Assembly (NCBI GenBank): GCA_963817895.1
Contig: CAWFQB010000014.1
Location: 416,001-480,000 of the forward strand
Source: an uncultured Chthonomonadaceae bacterium
GTDB taxonomy: Bacteria; Armatimonadota; Chthonomonadetes; Chthonomonadales; Chthonomonadaceae
Reading direction: 5' to 3'
Length of the DNA stretch: 64,000 bases
This document shows, piece after piece, positions 1 through 10,436 of the stretch. The notes under the pieces are model-generated. The model worked only from the letters and a program-made list of their open reading frames with translations. It had not been told where the DNA came from and did no database searches. Numbering within the stretch: the stretch's first letter is position 1; each line of letters begins with the position of its first letter. The position numbers were made by a program, and so were the translations under genes.

Positions 1-1728
1 CTCGTAATTCTCCGCCGCAACATGGTCGGCGCAAACCAGCGCGTGGGACAGCAGGCGCTCACAGACAGGCCAATTTTCAACCGTCACTTCGGGAAACGCC
101 AGACTGACCGCCCTCACCGCCCGCTCCGTCCACAATTCGCGCTGCGTGTCGTCGAGATTCTGGCGCGTCACGGCCTGCACCAGACGGTGAACGTCGTAGC
201 TGTTGGACTGCCGTTGCCGATGCGCCAGCGAGTAGCGCGTCAGGGGCAGCAGCAGATCATCCAGAACCAGTTCGTCTTCGTCGGCTCCGTCCAGCGCGTC
301 TGCCAATTTCGCGCCAAGCCGCGAACCGGCTTTGATGAGTAGTTCCAGCGGAATACGTTCCGGGGCCAGAAACGCGCTCAGATTAAGCAGTTCTACGGAA
401 GCCGGGGATTTGCGCTGTATCAACTGGAAGTTGATGTCCCACGTCGTGGCGACCGAATGGGCGTAATCGCCCTGTACCGGGTCCTGCGCGTTGAGCAGGG
501 CCAGACGCCGCTTCTTAAAGGATTTCAGGTAGCTTTGAAACGGCGTATCGTTTTGCCCGACATACGCGGCGGCCTGCTCCAGCGCGAGGGGCAGTCCGCC
601 CAGTTCCACGCCTAACTGTTTCGCCGCCGCGCACTCCTCCGGCTCGGCGTTTTCGCGCCCCGTGCTTTTCAGCAGAAACGCCTGCGCTTCGTTCGGCGAC
701 AGTTCCGGCAAGGTCAGCGGCATGGCGATCCCCAGTGCGCGCACATCCTGCGAGCGCGTCGTCAGCAATACGCAGCCACTGTGAATTACAGGCAGAAACG
801 GCTTCACGGCAGCCGGCGCGTCCACATTATCCAGTATCAGCAGCCATTTTTCGTTGCAACTGAGCCACTGCTTCACCGCCTCCCGCGTTTCGTCCTGATT
901 CGACGAGTCCTGTTCCGGCAAATTCAGCAATTTGGCAATGGCAACGAAATCAGTTTTTAATTCCTGCTCGTTTTCCGCCCGCGCCCACAAAACCGCGCTG
1001 TATTCTTCCCGGTACTGGTACGCATATTCGACCGCCATTTGCGTCTTGCCGATGCCGCCTAATCCGGTCAGCGCCTGTATCGCCGTTGTGCGCCCGCCGC
1101 CGATAAGCGCCTGATGCAGCGCGGCCAGTTGATCTTCGCGCCCCGTGAAAAAGGCGAGGCGCGGATGCGGCACCTGAAACGGCGCATTGGCGGTTGGGAA
1201 ATCGGGACGGGAACTCTCCGCGCTGAGAGAGGATGGGGGCGCGGCAACAACCGCCTGCGCTTCCGGCTTGCGACTGCCCAGGAACGAGGGGCGCGAGGTC
1301 GGCTTGGCGCGCTCCGTAACCTTGATCTGCGCCAGCAGGATTTCGCGGGCATCCTGCTCCTCCTTTCCAACAAGATCAATGTACACGATCTGCCGCAGCA
1401 GGCCGGTCAGTTCACACTCTTCCACCCTAATCGGTATCAGCTTGCGCCCCACGCTGGTCGGGTCGTCCGCAAACGCCGCCGCCCATTCCGGGCGCGTGAA
1501 AATAGAAGCGATATACGTGGGCGACAAGAGCGCCAGTGTCCGCTCGGCGTTTTTCGCAGCCTCATCCATTTCCACGACGAAGTTGCTGCCCGCCCCAAAG
1601 TCCCACGCCTGCACAATCGCCGTATAGCCCGCTTCTTCCAGTTCCCAGGCAACCCACTCAGCCCAGTGCCGATCTTTCTGGTTGTAACTGATAAAAAAAT
1701 CTTTAGTCGCTTTGCCCGGAAATGCCAT
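1..1728 (-). CDS. TIR domain + NB-ARC (STAND) ATPase protein, NLR-like; runs off the left edge (TPR C-terminus likely outside the window)
   Basis: Not in the ORF track; translated by hand from ATG at 1728 (AAGGAG RBS). MAFPGKATKDFFISYNQKDRHWAEWVAWELEEAG...QAWDF (TIR), FTGRE, Walker A GLGGIGKT, Walker B WLLILDNV, LLTTR, GGLPLAL and YDVHRLVQ. The frame is open to position 1. Confidence 0.9.
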   Translation of the reverse strand, partial: MAFPGKATKDFFISYNQKDRHWAEWVAWELEEAGYTAIVQAWDFGAGSNFVVEMDEAAKNAERTLALLSPTYIASIFTRPEWAAAFADDPTSVGRKLIPIRVEECELTGLLRQIVYIDLVGKEEQDAREILLAQIKVTERAKPTSRPSFLGSRKPEAQAVVAAPPSSLSAESSRPDFPTANAPFQVPHPRLAFFTGREDQLAALHQALIGGGRTTAIQALTGLGGIGKTQMAVEYAYQYREEYSAVLWARAENEQELKTDFVAIAKLLNLPEQDSSNQDETREAVKQWLSCNEKWLLILDNVDAPAAVKPFLPVIHSGCVLLTTRSQDVRALGIAMPLTLPELSPNEAQAFLLKSTGRENAEPEECAAAKQLGVELGGLPLALEQAAAYVGQNDTPFQSYLKSFKKRRLALLNAQDPVQGDYAHSVATTWDINFQLIQRKSPASVELLNLSAFLAPERIPLELLIKAGSRLGAKLADALDGADEDELVLDDLLLPLTRYSLAHRQRQSNSYDVHRLVQAVTRQNLDDTQRELWTERAVRAVSLAFPEVTVENWPVCERLLSHALVCADHVAAENYE

Positions 1729-1802
1729 TGGTACTCCTTTGGGGAGGCACGAGATACCAGATATTAGAACTACGATGCAACCTCTTTACTCGTATCTCAT
1801 AT

Positions 1803-4800
1803 CTAGCGCCTTATGACTGGCAGCGGAACGTTTTTGTCGGCATCCGACAGGCCGAAAAGATTGGGATGCTGTCCGGCATACTTCGCGCTCACTTGCTGCG
1901 GAACCCAGTAGTCCAGCGCGCGCAGCAGAACGGTATCGTTTGTGTACAAATCCGGGGTCATGCCGCCGTTCAGCGCTTTTAGAATGTAGTAGGTGAACAC
2001 GCCGTGCTTGAGGTCGTCGGCTTCGTAACTGACTTCAGTGGACGCGGAAGCCGCGAAAACCAGAATGTTGTTTTTCCAGGCCGAGCGCATCGTATCGGTT
2101 TGCATTTGAAAGCGCGTGTTGGGCGCAGCATCCAGAGTCTTGCTGACGCCGCCTGCAAAGCAGTGGTCTACCATCAAAATGATATGCTTCGCGTCCACCT
2201 TCGCCAGTTGGTCCAGAATTTCCTGCCAGGAATAGCCGTTTTCAACCGTGTTCCCGCCCGCGCCATTGTCATGCGTGATAACGTTGACGGGAGCCAGGTA
2301 AAAGGTCTTGCGGCCCGCGTCATCGTTCCCGGTAAAGCCGTGACAGGAGAAATACAGCAGCACGGTGTCGGACGACTTCACGTTGACGAGCAACTCCTTC
2401 AATTTAGTTTGGATGTTTGCCTTTGTGGCCTTCTGGTCGTCCAGCAACTCGGTATGCACTTCGCTGAACAGCTTATTGCCGTTCATCCGAAAGAATCCCT
2501 CCATGTCCTTCGCGTCGGCGGCGGCATAATTTAGATGCAGATCCTGGTTGATGTAATCACTGATGCCCACCGAAAGCATATACAGATGCGGTGGTTTGGA
2601 ACTGCCGCTCCCGTCCACCACCACGTCCACAGCATCATCGCTCATGCCGCTGTCATTTGTGGCGAAGATGTGAATGGTATTCTTGCCCGAATTCAGATTG
2701 TCAACTACGCGCAGCCGTTCCCCGGTATTCCGGTCGTATGTTTTCGATGTTTTCGTTTCCAATGCTCTTCCTCTGCCGGTTGCAATAACGGCGAAGGTTT
2801 TGGAATGGTTGAGGGCGGTCTGCACGTTGAGCAGCGGGTCGGGCGTCTGGTAGCGGAGATGCAGGGCGATCTTTGAGGCATCGGTGTGATACGCGCCATC
2901 CGCGTCGAGCGGCAACACTTTTCCGTTTACCGTCACGCTCAGATTACTTTTGTCCAGTTTGGGAACGACGGCGATTTGCCGGGACAGAGGCGTGTCCAGA
3001 TCGGGCGCTTCTTTGCCATTGTACACGGCAGCGAGAGCAGATTTCAGGACGCCTGTTTTGCCCACCTGCGCAATCACATCCGGCTGGTAAAATTGCGGAG
3101 ACTGAAACAACTCGCGGAATTCGGCGGGCCTGTCCAAGCCCCGGTTGATGTGCCAGCCCAAAACGTAATCGCCTGCCGGGGACGCGGCATAACAGCCGTT
3201 TTGCGCCCACGCCGCCCACACGCCCCCCTCGCCCGCGAAAATGCCGAGCAGAGCGGCAACGGAGGGAGAGGGCTTTTGCGGACTCACGATTGCGAACGTG
3301 GAAGTATCCAACTGCTGATAGGCGCGTCGTTGCGCGTTCAGGCGCGGGGGTTCCGCGCTCGTCGCGCCCATGTCTTCGGGGCTGGCGGAACCGGCGCGCG
3401 CGGCGGATTTCAAACTCCACAGACGGACGGTTTGATCCACGCCGCCGGACGCGACATACCGGCCCTGCGGGTCTACAGCCAGCGCGAGTACCGGCCCCTC
3501 ATGCCCCTCGAAATCCACCATTTTGTGGGCGCGTTGGCCGCTGATGTCGTACACGCTCAAATACAGGTCGGAACCGACTACCACTCTCTTGCCATCGGGC
3601 GTGAAACTGAAACAGCGCAGGCGGTCCGTTTCGCTCAATGTAATGCGGTGCGTGGCCCGCCCGCTTGCGTCGCGCACAATCACCCCGCTATGATCGGGCA
3701 TCTCCTGCAACGAAAATGGCTCGGTACCGCGTTTGCCGCCACCTGCAAGCGTATGCTGCGCTTCCGTCCACTCGTACTTTGCCGCGTCGAATTCCGGGTC
3801 GGGAATACCGGCGTCCAACTCAAACGCATGTTCCACACTGGCATGTTCCAGTTTCGCGCTGCCGAACGAGTTGCCCCACGCCACGCGCCTGCCGTCGGCT
3901 GACCACGCGACGGTGAACACCGGTTCGCCCGGCCCCTGGAACGAGCGCAGCTTTGCCCCGGTTTTCGCGTTCCACAGATACACCATGCCGTAGGCGTCGC
4001 CACTGGCGGCGGTTTCGCCGTCCGACGCAAATGCCACGCTGTAAATCGTCGTGTTGTGCCATTTGAAAATCTGAATCTGGCGATTGTTTTCCAGCGACCA
4101 GACGCGGGCGGACACATCCGCGCCCCGACTGCCGCTGCCGCTGATCAGGCGCGTGCCTTTGCTGTTGAAAGCCAGACAGGTGACGCTGTCGTTTTGCACC
4201 GTGAACGGCGACTGCTCCACAAACTTCTGCGCGGGGTTTCGCAGGTGAATAATGCCGTCTTCCGCGCCGTAGGCCAGCAGCCCCTGCGGATACTGCTGCG
4301 AGACAGGGGCCACCGCCAGGCACAAAATGTCGCTGCCACAGGTGAATGTGCGTTTTGATTTCGCGTGATGGGCGGCATCCAGCTGCCAGATGCGCAACAC
4401 GCCCTGATGCTCTTCGTCATTCACGCGCCAGCTTGTGGCCGCGACCCAACTGCCGTTCGCGCCGAACGCCACGCCCGTCATATACTCGTCTTCGTCCACC
4501 GTCAGCGTTTGCGATACGCGCGCGCCGGTGTTCCTGCCGCCGAATATACTGCCCCGGTTATCAACCGCGCTGTCGGCTGTGTTCGCGCCGGTATTCGCGC
4601 TTGCATTCTTAGTTTTCGATCTGGCGGACTTGCCGCCCCGCGAGGCTGCTGTCGAGGCTCCACAATACTACTTTGTGGTCGGTTCCGCAGGAGGCGAGCA
4701 GGCGGGCGTCCGGGGAATAGGCCAGGCTCGTAATCGTGCCTTTGTGTCCCTTCAGCCGCTGCGTCAGCGCGCCCGTAACCACATCGGTGAGCAGAATATC

Positions 4801-5181
4801 GCTGTCGGCTTTCGCGTCCCTGCCGCTGGAACCCAGCGCCAGTTGGCGCGGCTGTTTGGGATTCAGCGCGGCGGCGTGAAATAGTCCCTCAAACCCGTCG
4901 CCGATCTGGTAGCGCCACGCATCGGCATGGCCATCCGTCAGCGGATGGACGCGCGCCACTTTGTCCGAGCCGCAGGAGATCAGCCGGACGCTGTTCAGGT
5001 TGGCAGGGTCGGCGGGAGTGAAAATCAGGCTATGTACCGCGCCGATATGCCCGCCCGTTTCCATACGGAATCGAACGTCCGGCTTGTCCGTAAGTTCCAC
5101 CTGCGCGCCGCTGCGGATGCCGGCAAGCGGCAGCGCAACCAGCGCCAGAAGCGCCCACCGATTTTTGTCAGCTAACAACAT
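1803..5181 (-). CDS. Secreted WD40-repeat protein with C-terminal caspase-like (peptidase C14) domain; frameshift near 4560-4620
   Basis: ORFs 4609-5277 and 1803-4499 join. Signal peptide MLLADKNRWALLALVALPLAG, many GH...W[DS] WD40 repeats, LSVGISDY, catalytic YFSCHG and MVDHC. Confidence 0.85.
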
Positions 5182-5217
5182 CCTGACCTCTCCTTTACTT
5201 TTCAACAAAGCACTACA

Positions 5218-5316
5218 GGCCCTCAACCCCTGACCCCTTCTCCCAAGTTTGGGAGAAGGGGAATCTATTAGCCTCAAGCCCTGGCCTCTTCTGCCAAATT
5301 GGGAGAAGGGGAACCT
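5218..5316. repeat. Two copies of an intergenic palindromic REP-like element (CCCCTTCTCCCA..TGGGAGAAGGGGAA)
   Basis: Hairpins at 5218-5263 and 5271-5316; another copy at 12868-12921. Confidence 0.7.
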
Positions 5317-5329
5317 GATGGAAAAGGCT

Positions 5330-6025
5330 CTAAAACGAGAACCCTAATCCAAGCGCGAAACGGTTCAGGTCGGCGGAACGGTCGCGCAGATACCATTGAC
5401 TGGCGTTGATGCTGATGCGCGGCGCGATTTCTATCGATCCCGATACAAAGAAAGAAAAATCCGATGTGTCCTGCCCTGCGCTGACATCGCGCAGCAGACC
5501 CAGTCCAAACTCCACCGACCAGCGTGGACGCGCCCGACGCGCAAACTGCTGCGAAGTCAGGTCGTACACCACAAAACCGCTGTACGTATGGCCGGAGGCC
5601 AGCTTGTTCGTGGAACTGATGTAGCTTAACTGAACGCCGATTTGCGGCGTGAAGAAGGCGCGGCCCTGAATCTGGTACAGATCGCTGCTGCCCTTGTTCC
5701 AGTACCAGCCGCCGATTTCCAGCGCGCTGCGTGTGCGTGGCAATTTTACGCCCACGTCGCCCGCAACCAACAGGCCCGAGTCCGAAACCGCGCCCGCAAC
5801 CGTGTCGGTGATGCGTCCGCCCGTCGCGAAAATCGCTACCGGGTACAGGGATAAGGAGCCATAGGGAACCGCTTTCTGGCTGGCAGTGGCTTCGTAACGC
5901 GCATTGCCGGTGAAGCCCGCGAATTGCGCCCGCGCGGGAGAAATCGAAGCCGCCCCCGCCATCAGCGCGAGCAGGGGCGCGGTTCCATGCGAAAACTTCA
6001 CGTGTCGCTCCTTCCGGTTGTTCAA
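5330..6025 (-). CDS. Putative outer-membrane beta-barrel protein
   Basis: Signal peptide ending ARA, alternating amphipathic strands, C-terminal ...LGLGFSF. Confidence 0.6.
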   Translation of the reverse strand: MNNRKERHVKFSHGTAPLLALMAGAASISPARAQFAGFTGNARYEATASQKAVPYGSLSLYPVAIFATGGRITDTVAGAVSDSGLLVAGDVGVKLPRTRSALEIGGWYWNKGSSDLYQIQGRAFFTPQIGVQLSYISSTNKLASGHTYSGFVVYDLTSQQFARRARPRWSVEFGLGLLRDVSAGQDTSDFSFFVSGSIEIAPRISINASQWYLRDRSADLNRFALGLGFSF

Positions 6026-6479
6026 ACAGATTGTTCATACAGGCGGCGTGAAGCCGTTAATTCACGTTAATCGCGCCTGTCCCGACCGCGACCTGAATGG
6101 TTAATTCATAGGACTGCGTAGGGCGCGGTAGCAATGGAAGCAGGCGGATTTTCCGTGTCAATGATGGTGGCATTCGTTCCGGGCGGCGCGATATTTCCCG
6201 TTGTCTCAGGGTTCCGATAGAGTAACCGGGACAAAAGCAATTGATTAGCGTCAAATCGTTGTGTGAGCATGAATGCATATTCGTTGTAAAACCGGAGGAT
6301 TGCAAGCGGTCGGTAATTTTTTCTATTATAGCGTAAAAAGGAGAAAAACAGTATAAAACACAGGTAAATGAGCTTCGCCTCACTAATTTTCTTCGGCATG
6401 CTTTTTTCAGAACCGTTGTGCGGTATGTAAATGGGGAAAGGTACTCTCCCCGCCATGAAGCTCCACAACTTTGTTTCGT

Positions 6480-6690
6480 TTGAACGGCGGCGCGTACGCT
6501 CTTCCCCGGTTTTCGGCGCGGGCAGAACCGTTTACGTCGGATCAGAAGACAGAACGCTGTACGCGCTGGATGGAACCTCGGGTACGATGAAATGGCCGAC
6601 TAACGGGCTTAGTACCTTTCTTTTTGCCTCCCGACTATCGGTAAGAACGGCACAATTTACATCGGCTCCACTTCGGGATATGCCCTAGCC
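6480..6690 (+). pseudogene. Fragment of a PQQ-like beta-propeller repeat gene
   Basis: SSPVFGAGRTVYVGSEDRTLYALDGTSGTMKW, then a frameshifted ASPTIGKNGTIYIGS; no complete ORF. Confidence 0.5.
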
Positions 6691-6812
6691 ATCAAGTGAC
6701 AAGTAGGTTGTCAAGTTGTCAGGCGTTTTCATGGCAGCCTTTACGCGCCTTCCATACGCTTGATTCAGGCGAAGGCGTAACCGGACAACCTGACAACTAA
6801 CAACCTGACAAC

Positions 6813-7383
6813 CTACTTGTTCACGCTGATGCTGCCCAGAACCACGCTTGCGCTGCGTTCGCGCACAAAGCAGCCCTGGCCGTCGGCCTGACTGCCTGCC
6901 GCGCCCGCGCCTGTATTGAATTCCACGCACACCACATCACCGTCCTGCGCATGGTCGAAAATGCCGACATGCTGCGGGCGCGGGCCCCCATTGAACGAAA
7001 ACAGCACCGGATCGCCGGGATGAATGGCCGATGCCGTCGTGAATGGTTTCCAGACGCCTTTCTCCTTCGCGGCATCCATGATAGAGCCGCAGGAGGGTGA
7101 CGGATCGAAGTAGTGGGGAATGTCGTCGGCCAGAATGGACTGAAGCGTGGCGTTGTCCGTCGCCTGCCCGCTCAGAAACGCGTAGGCTTTCATGTAGCAG
7201 AACGCCACGCCCATCGCGCAGTAGGGTTCCCCCTGCAAATCGAAGAAATGCTCGATCTTGTCAATCTCCGTGCCGTCATTGTGTCCGGTCGCTTCGTGCA
7301 GGTGGCTGGCGGCAAAGGCATGCGCGATTTCCAGAGCTTTCGGCGCAAGCTGCGCGCCGGTAATGTGAGTGGTAGCGGTCATA
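6813..7383 (-). CDS. CHAP-domain peptidoglycan amidase/endopeptidase
   Basis: EATGHNDG..., PYCAMGV (catalytic Cys), PGDPVLF, HVGI (His), VEFNT; GAGGA RBS before MTATT. Confidence 0.75.
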
Positions 7384-7627
7384 GAGTCCTCCTGTTCAAG
7401 CAGAATATTCTTCATCAATATTCGCGTCTTTACAGAAAACTCCTGCACTTCTTTCAATTCTATAGAAATATTTCTATGAACATACGCGCCATAAGGCTAA
7501 CCCCTGCTGACTTTTAAATGACTCTCGTTTATTTACATGATGTTGGATGATGTCGCGCAGGGTATTCGGTGGAGGCAATTGACGTGGTTTGGCATGGCAG
7601 CGCAACGGGTTTCGCGTGTCGCGGGGT

Positions 7628-9033
7628 TCATTTTAGTTTTCCGATTTTCAGCAGCGTGAACGGATAGATCGTCGTGGCATAGATCGTGCCGTCATGGGCG
7701 ACGATCAGGGCCATGATGACGTGGAGCGGCGTGAGCGTTCCGTCCGGCAGGGTGTGGAAGCCATGACGCGGGCGCAGCGAACCGTCCGGGTTTTTCGCCT
7801 GAACGCCCGTGAAATCGAAGAAGTCCGGGTTCTTGACGGCAAACACGCCCAGGTCGTCCATCGCGCGCGTCTTCGGGGTGTAGCGAACCAGATGGTGCAG
7901 GTAGCCGGTCCCGAAGCCGGTTTTGTTGTCCACGCGAACCGCCGAGTAGACGCGCCCGTCGGGGCCGATGCTGATGGAACCGCGCGAGTCGGGGTTCTCG
8001 CCCTCGATCCGGTTGCCCAGGTTCGTGGCGATCACGGGCTGCCCCGCCGCGCCCGTCAGGTCCACCCGAAACATGCGCAGGTCATTCAGCAGCTGCAGGT
8101 ACGCGGTTTTGCCGTCGCGGGTTATCCGCCAGTCGGGATGGACGCGATCGGCGCCGATATAATCTCCGAAACGGCTTGCCCTCCACCAGCAGGGGATCAA
8201 CGCTCACCTTGTCCGTCGCGGGATCGTAACGGGCGATTTTGAAATCCGCAGTGATGGCCGTGCCGCGCCCCTGCGCGTCGATCAGGGTGTTGGGCTGGTC
8301 GCGCAGGATCGGACCGAGTTCGCGGTACTGCTTGGTCTTCGTGTCGTAGAGCATCCAGTGCTGTTCTTCGCAGGTGATGACATAGATCAGCCCGCGCGCT
8401 TCGTCGGCGGTCACGTCAATGACGCCCTGCCCCTCCTTCTTGCCCGCTGCGATCTGCGCGTCATCGAGCGGCATGGGCATGCCGAGGTTTTCGGCGGTAT
8501 CCGTTGCCGGGTCGTACACCATCACGTAGCCGCCGCGATAGGTGGGGATGTTTTCGCCCCGCGCAAGCGCCGCTTTCTCGGCGGGCGAGGGATAGCCCTG
8601 CTTGGAGCCGACATAGATTTTGCCGGACGCGCCGACAAAATTGCGCGTATGAATTTTGGACTGCGCGGCGTAGCCCGTGGGCGTCAGCGGCAGGCCGACG
8701 AGTTTATGCATATCCAGAACGACCCGCATCTGCTCGGTTTTGGGATCGAACTCGACCAGATAGGCATCCCTCCCGTACGCCGCCGCGCCGATATAGATTT
8801 TGCCGTTGCGCCCTTCGCACAGGGAAAAGTAGCCGGACTCTTCCGTCGTGGTTTCCGGCGGGATGTGGTAGGCTTTCGCCCGCACATACCGAAACGGCGC
8901 AGTCGGAGCCGGTTTCGTATCGTCGGCGCTGAATTGGGCCGCGAAGTCCGAAAAGCAGACAACAGGCCACGCAGATCGGAAATGCCGCGCGGCGATATGG
9001 GAACCGGGTTTTCAGGAAGGAGAGGGAAACCAT
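7628..9033 (-). CDS. Secreted beta-propeller-type hypothetical protein, frameshifted twice
   Basis: Overlapping ORFs 8704-9033, 8082-8885 and 7628-8200 carry GKIYIG/DGRVY/DGTIY repeats. Confidence 0.55.
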
Positions 9034-9466
9034 GTGTACCTCACAAAGATTAGTGAGGCCAGTATTCGCCTTTGCGCCCCGGGTTTCCTGTTAGCGTACA
9101 GAGTAAAAGAAATATGTAGAGACAGCGTCGAAATCTTGGCAATGCAGCGCTTCCAGCCCGGTGTCTCGTTATGTCAAGTTTTTATGAAGAGGCATCGTGA
9201 CCTCATGAGGGTCACGGCGACCGCGTATTTACAGGCATCTTTATTGCACCTCCCTTCCAGGTTAGATTGTTGAGAGGGCAGAGGAACTCCGAACTCTCAG
9301 CGTCCCGCCACCTGGCTGATTAGTAGATTTATGTCTGTATTCATAGACAGGAGGAGTGAGGCGATGGTTTCGGTCTTTTCTGGTTGCTGAACTCTTTTTT
9401 GCGATCTTTTTTGTGAGATGGTTGCGGTTGGCGGTGGGGGAGGAGCGGGGAGGGTGTTGCTGAGTT

Positions 9467-9493
9467 AGGGCAAACACGGGGCTTTGCCCCTAC
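9467..9493 (-). repeat. GTAG-type REP palindrome
   Basis: Minus strand reads GTAG-GGGCAAA-GCCCCGTG-TTTGCCC. Confidence 0.55.
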
Positions 9494-9680
9494 GTCGAAT
9501 TGGGAACGTAACCTTTCGGATGAGAACACGATGCGCGGGAGGGGTAACAGGAAGAAGGCCGATACAACCGGAGAAGACGCAAATGCGCCGAGCCAAGCGG
9601 GCTGGAAAAACGCAGATGCTCGGCCTCGATCTGAATGTTGATTTCCGCCGGGGCGACTAGTTTTTGAAGTTGTGCCACTC

Positions 9681-9739
9681 TGTTCACTGAATTGGGTTAT
9701 ATATACCTCTGTGGTAAATATAACCCAATTCAGTGAACA
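9681..9739. repeat. Perfect 22-bp inverted repeat
   Basis: TGTTCACTGAATTGGGTTATAT...ATATAACCCAATTCAGTGAACA. Confidence 0.85.
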
Positions 9740-9939
9740 TCTGGCAAGGGGCTGTTGTAAAGAATACAGGACAGGGCGAGGTTGTCCGGTTCCGTTGCGC
9801 CGCCGCGTGAAACCGGAAGGATGTGTTCGGCGGCAAACGATTCCGTCGTGAAGGACAGCGAAGAGCTGCAGTATTCACATCGCCGATTGGCTCGCTGCTC
9901 GACGGCGTGGCGCAGGCTTTTGGGGATGTACTCAGACAA
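9730..9939 (-). pseudogene. HNH endonuclease, truncated
   Basis: RCEYC...EHILPVSRGG...DNLALSC; the sequence diverges before the second CxxCN motif is complete. Confidence 0.7.
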
Positions 9940-10333
9940 CGGGAGGAGCCTTCAAGCCGAGTTGCTTCATCAGGCGCGGCACGGAAATCTGCCGAAGTTG
10001 GGCGAGTTCCGACAAGGCTTTCAGGCGTTCGACATCGAGGGCTTCGGCTTCATCGCTGAGAGCAATCAGTTCGTTCTGCTCGTCAGGCGTGAGAGTGAAG
10101 GCGCGGCGTTTGGCTTGCAGTTCGGCGAACCGCTCCGCGAACCCTGCCCGCTTTTCCCGCGCAATGAACTGGAGCAGTTCCGCCTCCCGCGGCGGCACAG
10201 ACGGCGCTTTGCGCTGCGCTAACAGCTGCTGCCATTGCCGCAAAAGGTGTTCGGCTTCGCGCGTATCGAGCTGCGCCAAAGCGTTCAGCAAATCCTCGCT
10301 CGTCAGTTTTGCCTGTACGGAAATCGTCGCCAT
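9932..10333 (-). CDS. Small helical protein coupled to the HNH gene (antitoxin-like)
   Basis: 133 aa, overlaps the HNH start; upstream TATAAT at about 10376-10381 (minus strand); LTPDEQNELIAL...ERLKALSELAQLR pattern. Confidence 0.65.
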   Translation of the reverse strand: MATISVQAKLTSEDLLNALAQLDTREAEHLLRQWQQLLAQRKAPSVPPREAELLQFIAREKRAGFAERFAELQAKRRAFTLTPDEQNELIALSDEAEALDVERLKALSELAQLRQISVPRLMKQLGLKAPPVV

Positions 10334-10436
10334 TGTTTCAAATGTCCTTCTGCTTCATGGGGCGCGTTTCCTCACATTATACCACAGCGGCTACATACAG
10401 AAAGCGACTGCGCGGCGCTTCTTCTGTCCTGTCACG

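Noticed and set aside
9034..9480. Possible ncRNA or small ORFs in this intergenic stretch
   Set aside because: Only a short hairpin near 9195-9217 and low-complexity sequence; no recognisable tRNA, riboswitch or coding signal.
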